This document shows positions 61,378 to 64,000 of a stretch of DNA of 64,000 nucleotides, one piece after another. Source of the stretch: an uncultured Elusimicrobia bacterium (GTDB lineage Bacteria; Elusimicrobiota; Elusimicrobia; 2-01-FULL-59-12); NCBI GenBank assembly GCA_963702895.1, contig OY969767.1:128001-192000 (forward strand). Direction: 5' to 3'. Within the stretch, counting starts at the first letter, position 1. Every line of letters begins with the position of its first letter. The notes under the pieces are model-generated. The model had not been told where the DNA came from. It saw nothing but the letters and a program-made list of their open reading frames with translations, and did not search any database. A program made the translations under genes and the position numbers.

Positions 61378-62361
61378 ATGACTGAGCTTTTTGATCTGAC
61401 GATTATCGGTGGTGGTCCTGCCGGCCTCTACGCTTCCTTCTACGCCGGTTTCCGTTCACTGAAGGTGAAGATCATTGATAGCCTTGAGGAACTGGGTGGG
61501 CAGGTGAATGCGCTCTATCCCGAAAAGAACATTTACGACGTCGCCGGTTTCCCTCATGTCTCTGGCAAAAATCTCGTTAAGGGATTGCTGGAGCAGGCCC
61601 TGAAATATCACCCTACTGTTTGCCTCGGCGAGAAGGTGGAAATGATGAGGGCCTTGGCGGATAAATCCTATGAACTCAAGACACAGAAACAATCTCACCT
61701 CAGCAGAGCCGTCCTCATTACGGTGGGCGTGGGCGCTTTTAAGCCCAAGCGAATCCCGGCGCTGGGGGCTGAACAGTTTGAAGGCAAAGGACTTTCCTAT
61801 TTTGTCCCAGACCCCATCAGATATGAGAAGAAGCGGGTCGTGATCGTGGGGGGCGGTGATTCGGCGGTCGATTGGGCCCTTCACCTGTACCCCCAAGCGA
61901 CCTCCGTTCACCTTGTGCACCGCCGGGACGGGTTTCGGGCCCACGAGGAAAGCGTAAAACAGCTGAAAGCTTCACCCGTGACGCTCAAACTCTTTTTCGA
62001 GGTGAAAGAGGTGCGCGGCAGGGGCCATGTGGAATCCGTTGTCCTCGTCAACAACCAGACACAGGCCGAAGAAATCATCCCAGCGGACGAGGTGCTGGGG
62101 TGTCTCGGATTTGATGCCAGCGTCGGTCCGCTCACCCAGTGGGGCCTGAAGCTTCAAGGCAATGATATTCCGGTGACCACACGTATGGAGACCAATCTTC
62201 CGGGCGTTTATGCGGCCGGGGATGTGACGCATTATGCTGGCAAGGTCAAGCTGATCGCCTGCGGGTTTGGCGAGGCCGCTACCGCAGTCAATAATGCTGT
62301 CGCCTATCTGAATCCCGGTGCCAAAGTATTCCCAGGGCACTCCACGAGTCAAACGAAGTAA
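61378..62361 (+). CDS. Thioredoxin-reductase-like ferredoxin--NADP+ reductase (YumC type)
   Basis: GGGPAG, LYPEKNIYDVAG, GGGDSAVDWA, no CxxC, PGHST. Confidence 0.9.
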   Translation: MTELFDLTIIGGGPAGLYASFYAGFRSLKVKIIDSLEELGGQVNALYPEKNIYDVAGFPHVSGKNLVKGLLEQALKYHPTVCLGEKVEMMRALADKSYELKTQKQSHLSRAVLITVGVGAFKPKRIPALGAEQFEGKGLSYFVPDPIRYEKKRVVIVGGGDSAVDWALHLYPQATSVHLVHRRDGFRAHEESVKQLKASPVTLKLFFEVKEVRGRGHVESVVLVNNQTQAEEIIPADEVLGCLGFDASVGPLTQWGLKLQGNDIPVTTRMETNLPGVYAAGDVTHYAGKVKLIACGFGEAATAVNNAVAYLNPGAKVFPGHSTSQTK

Positions 62362-62383
62362 TTTGATCTATCCAGACCTTCTT

Positions 62384-63331
62384 ATGCCGATCCTGCGGGG
62401 TAAGGTCCCCGCGGGATCGAGGTTGCTCGTCGCGGTATCAGGCGGGCCGGATTCGGTCGCCCTTCTGCATTTGCTCAAGCAGCTGCCTTATCCCCTGGTG
62501 ATCGGTCATGTCGATCACGGTCTGCGCCAAAGCTCGACTCGCGATGCCCAATTCGTGAAAAGGCTCGCTGCGCTATGGGAGATCCCATGCCGCGTCCGGC
62601 GGGTGGGCACTCGGTCTTACGCTCGGCAGAACAAGCGAGGGATCGAAGAGGCGGGGCGAGAGCTGCGTTATAAGGCGCTTGCCGCGATGGCCCGGCGTTT
62701 CAGGTGCCAGGCCATCGTGACCGGCCACACAGCGGACGACCAGGCGGAGACCGTGCTCATGAATTTCCTGCGCGGCTCTGGCGGCACCGGACTCTCCGGC
62801 ATCCCTGAAGCAAGGCCCCTCAACTCACGGGGGCGCTTGCTCCTTTTGAGACCGCTCCTGGGTTTCGGGAGGAGAGACATCCTTTCCTACTTAAGCTTGC
62901 ATGCTCTTGACTACCGAAAGGACCCGTCGAATGAGCTCAGGGTGTACGCACGGAACCGGATCCGACATGATGTGTTACCTTGGTTAGACCAGCTCTATCC
63001 AGGCTTGCCAGGGCGGCTCGGTCAAATGGCGGACCTCTTCCGGCAAGAGGAGGATTTTTGGCAAGCACAAGTCGATCGCGTTTTAAGAAAAACGGCGCGT
63101 CAGAACGGCCCAGAATGGACGGTTGTCTTACCTCGGCTTTTTGGTTATCATAAGGCCCTCGTTCGACGGATTTTGCGCCATCTGATGCCGGGGTCGTCTT
63201 TCCTGGATATGGAGCAGGTGTTGCGTATGGCGCAATCCAAAAATGCGACAGGCAAGCTTGAGCTTTCCAGTGCCTGGCGCGTATTTCGTTCGAAGGACAA
63301 ACTGGTCGTGCGGCATAAGAGGAATGGATGA
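62384..63331 (+). CDS. tilS: tRNA(Ile)-lysidine synthetase
   Basis: [33 protein letters not shown]; start uncertain. Confidence 0.93.
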   Translation: MPILRGKVPAGSRLLVAVSGGPDSVALLHLLKQLPYPLVIGHVDHGLRQSSTRDAQFVKRLAALWEIPCRVRRVGTRSYARQNKRGIEEAGRELRYKALAAMARRFRCQAIVTGHTADDQAETVLMNFLRGSGGTGLSGIPEARPLNSRGRLLLLRPLLGFGRRDILSYLSLHALDYRKDPSNELRVYARNRIRHDVLPWLDQLYPGLPGRLGQMADLFRQEEDFWQAQVDRVLRKTARQNGPEWTVVLPRLFGYHKALVRRILRHLMPGSSFLDMEQVLRMAQSKNATGKLELSSAWRVFRSKDKLVVRHKRNG

Positions 63332-64000
63332 ATAATAAAAATTGGCGTGGTTTTGTCGTCTGGCTCCTTCTTTTTGGCGGGCTCTTTATGCTTTTTCAGA
63401 CCACGCGCCAGACGAATGTCGATAAGGAGATCGGCTACTCCGAATTTAAGCGCCGACTTTACGACGGTCAGGTTACGAAAGTCGTCGTGCGGCAAGACAT
63501 GATCCGTGGGCGCTCCCGTACTGCCGAAGGCAAGGAAGAGCATTTCCGCACCGTTCCCCTGAACGACCCCAGGCTGGTCGAGGAGATGCAGGCTTTTAAG
63601 GGCCTCGACTATCGGGCGGAGTCCGACCGAAGCTGGTTTGGCGCTGTGATCATGAATTTCGGGCCCGCGCTCGTCTTTCTCTTCTTCTGGTTCCTCATGA
63701 TTCGGCAAATGCAAGGCGGCGGCAAGCAGGCGATGGCCTTCGGCCGCAGCAAAGCCAAACTTCAATCCACCAAGAAGAGCAAGATCACCTTTGCGGATGT
63801 CGCCGGCTGCGATGAGGCCAAGGAAGAGCTCCGTGAGATCATCGAATTTCTGAAAGATCCCGCGAAGTTCCAAAAGTTGGGCGGCAAAATCCCGAAGGGT
63901 GTTCTCCTGTATGGCGCGCCGGGAACGGGCAAGACTTTGCTTGCGAAGGCTGTTGCCGGAGAGGCGGGCGTGCCCTTCTTCTCTTCTTCAGGAAGCGAAT
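63328..64000 (+). CDS. ftsH: ATP-dependent zinc metalloprotease, 3'-partial
   Basis: Hand translation [57 protein letters not shown] overlap with tilS. Confidence 0.96.
   Translation, partial: MNNKNWRGFVVWLLLFGGLFMLFQTTRQTNVDKEIGYSEFKRRLYDGQVTKVVVRQDMIRGRSRTAEGKEEHFRTVPLNDPRLVEEMQAFKGLDYRAESDRSWFGAVIMNFGPALVFLFFWFLMIRQMQGGGKQAMAFGRSKAKLQSTKKSKITFADVAGCDEAKEELREIIEFLKDPAKFQKLGGKIPKGVLLYGAPGTGKTLLAKAVAGEAGVPFFSSSGSE

Overview
High-GC bacterial chromosomal window from a diderm organism (rfaD, outer-membrane proteins); Elusimicrobiota-like is only a weak guess. Housekeeping and metabolic content: an M48 peptidase cluster; amtB-glnK; a hypFCDE operon divergent from a group 3d bidirectional [NiFe]-hydrogenase operon (hoxEFUYH-hoxW-hypA-like) that continues into PFOR (nifJ) and a DHODH-like gene; a compact Flp/Tad pilus operon; tmk-holB-metG-tatD-3D-domain gene; degP; a metal-uptake cluster; rfaD, hisB, a DEAD-box helicase, FNR, tilS and ftsH (partial). 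The most notable signal is two unrelated IS110 elements: one as two identical inverted copies (2281-3442 and 51969-53130), the other at 24301-25548. Each carries a non-coding left end that folds into a bridge-RNA-like structure whose guide segments can be read directly and match (i) its own circle-junction donor and (ii) one of two abundant REP-like palindrome families, into which it has inserted. The REP-B family also lies in-frame inside Tad genes, and the second IS110 splits a pseudopilin leader so that precise excision would restore the frame (candidate pilus phase switch). Other observations: an integrase-free 3.7-kb islet bounded by a 90-bp duplication of a gene 3' end, carrying tRNA-fMet remnants, a repeated CCGATCA motif, a GIY-YIG-like gene and a Fic gene; a shared ECF-type promoter; widespread leaderless-type promoters; a Rex-like operator; and a structured amtB leader. 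No CRISPR array, rRNA or intact tRNA was seen.
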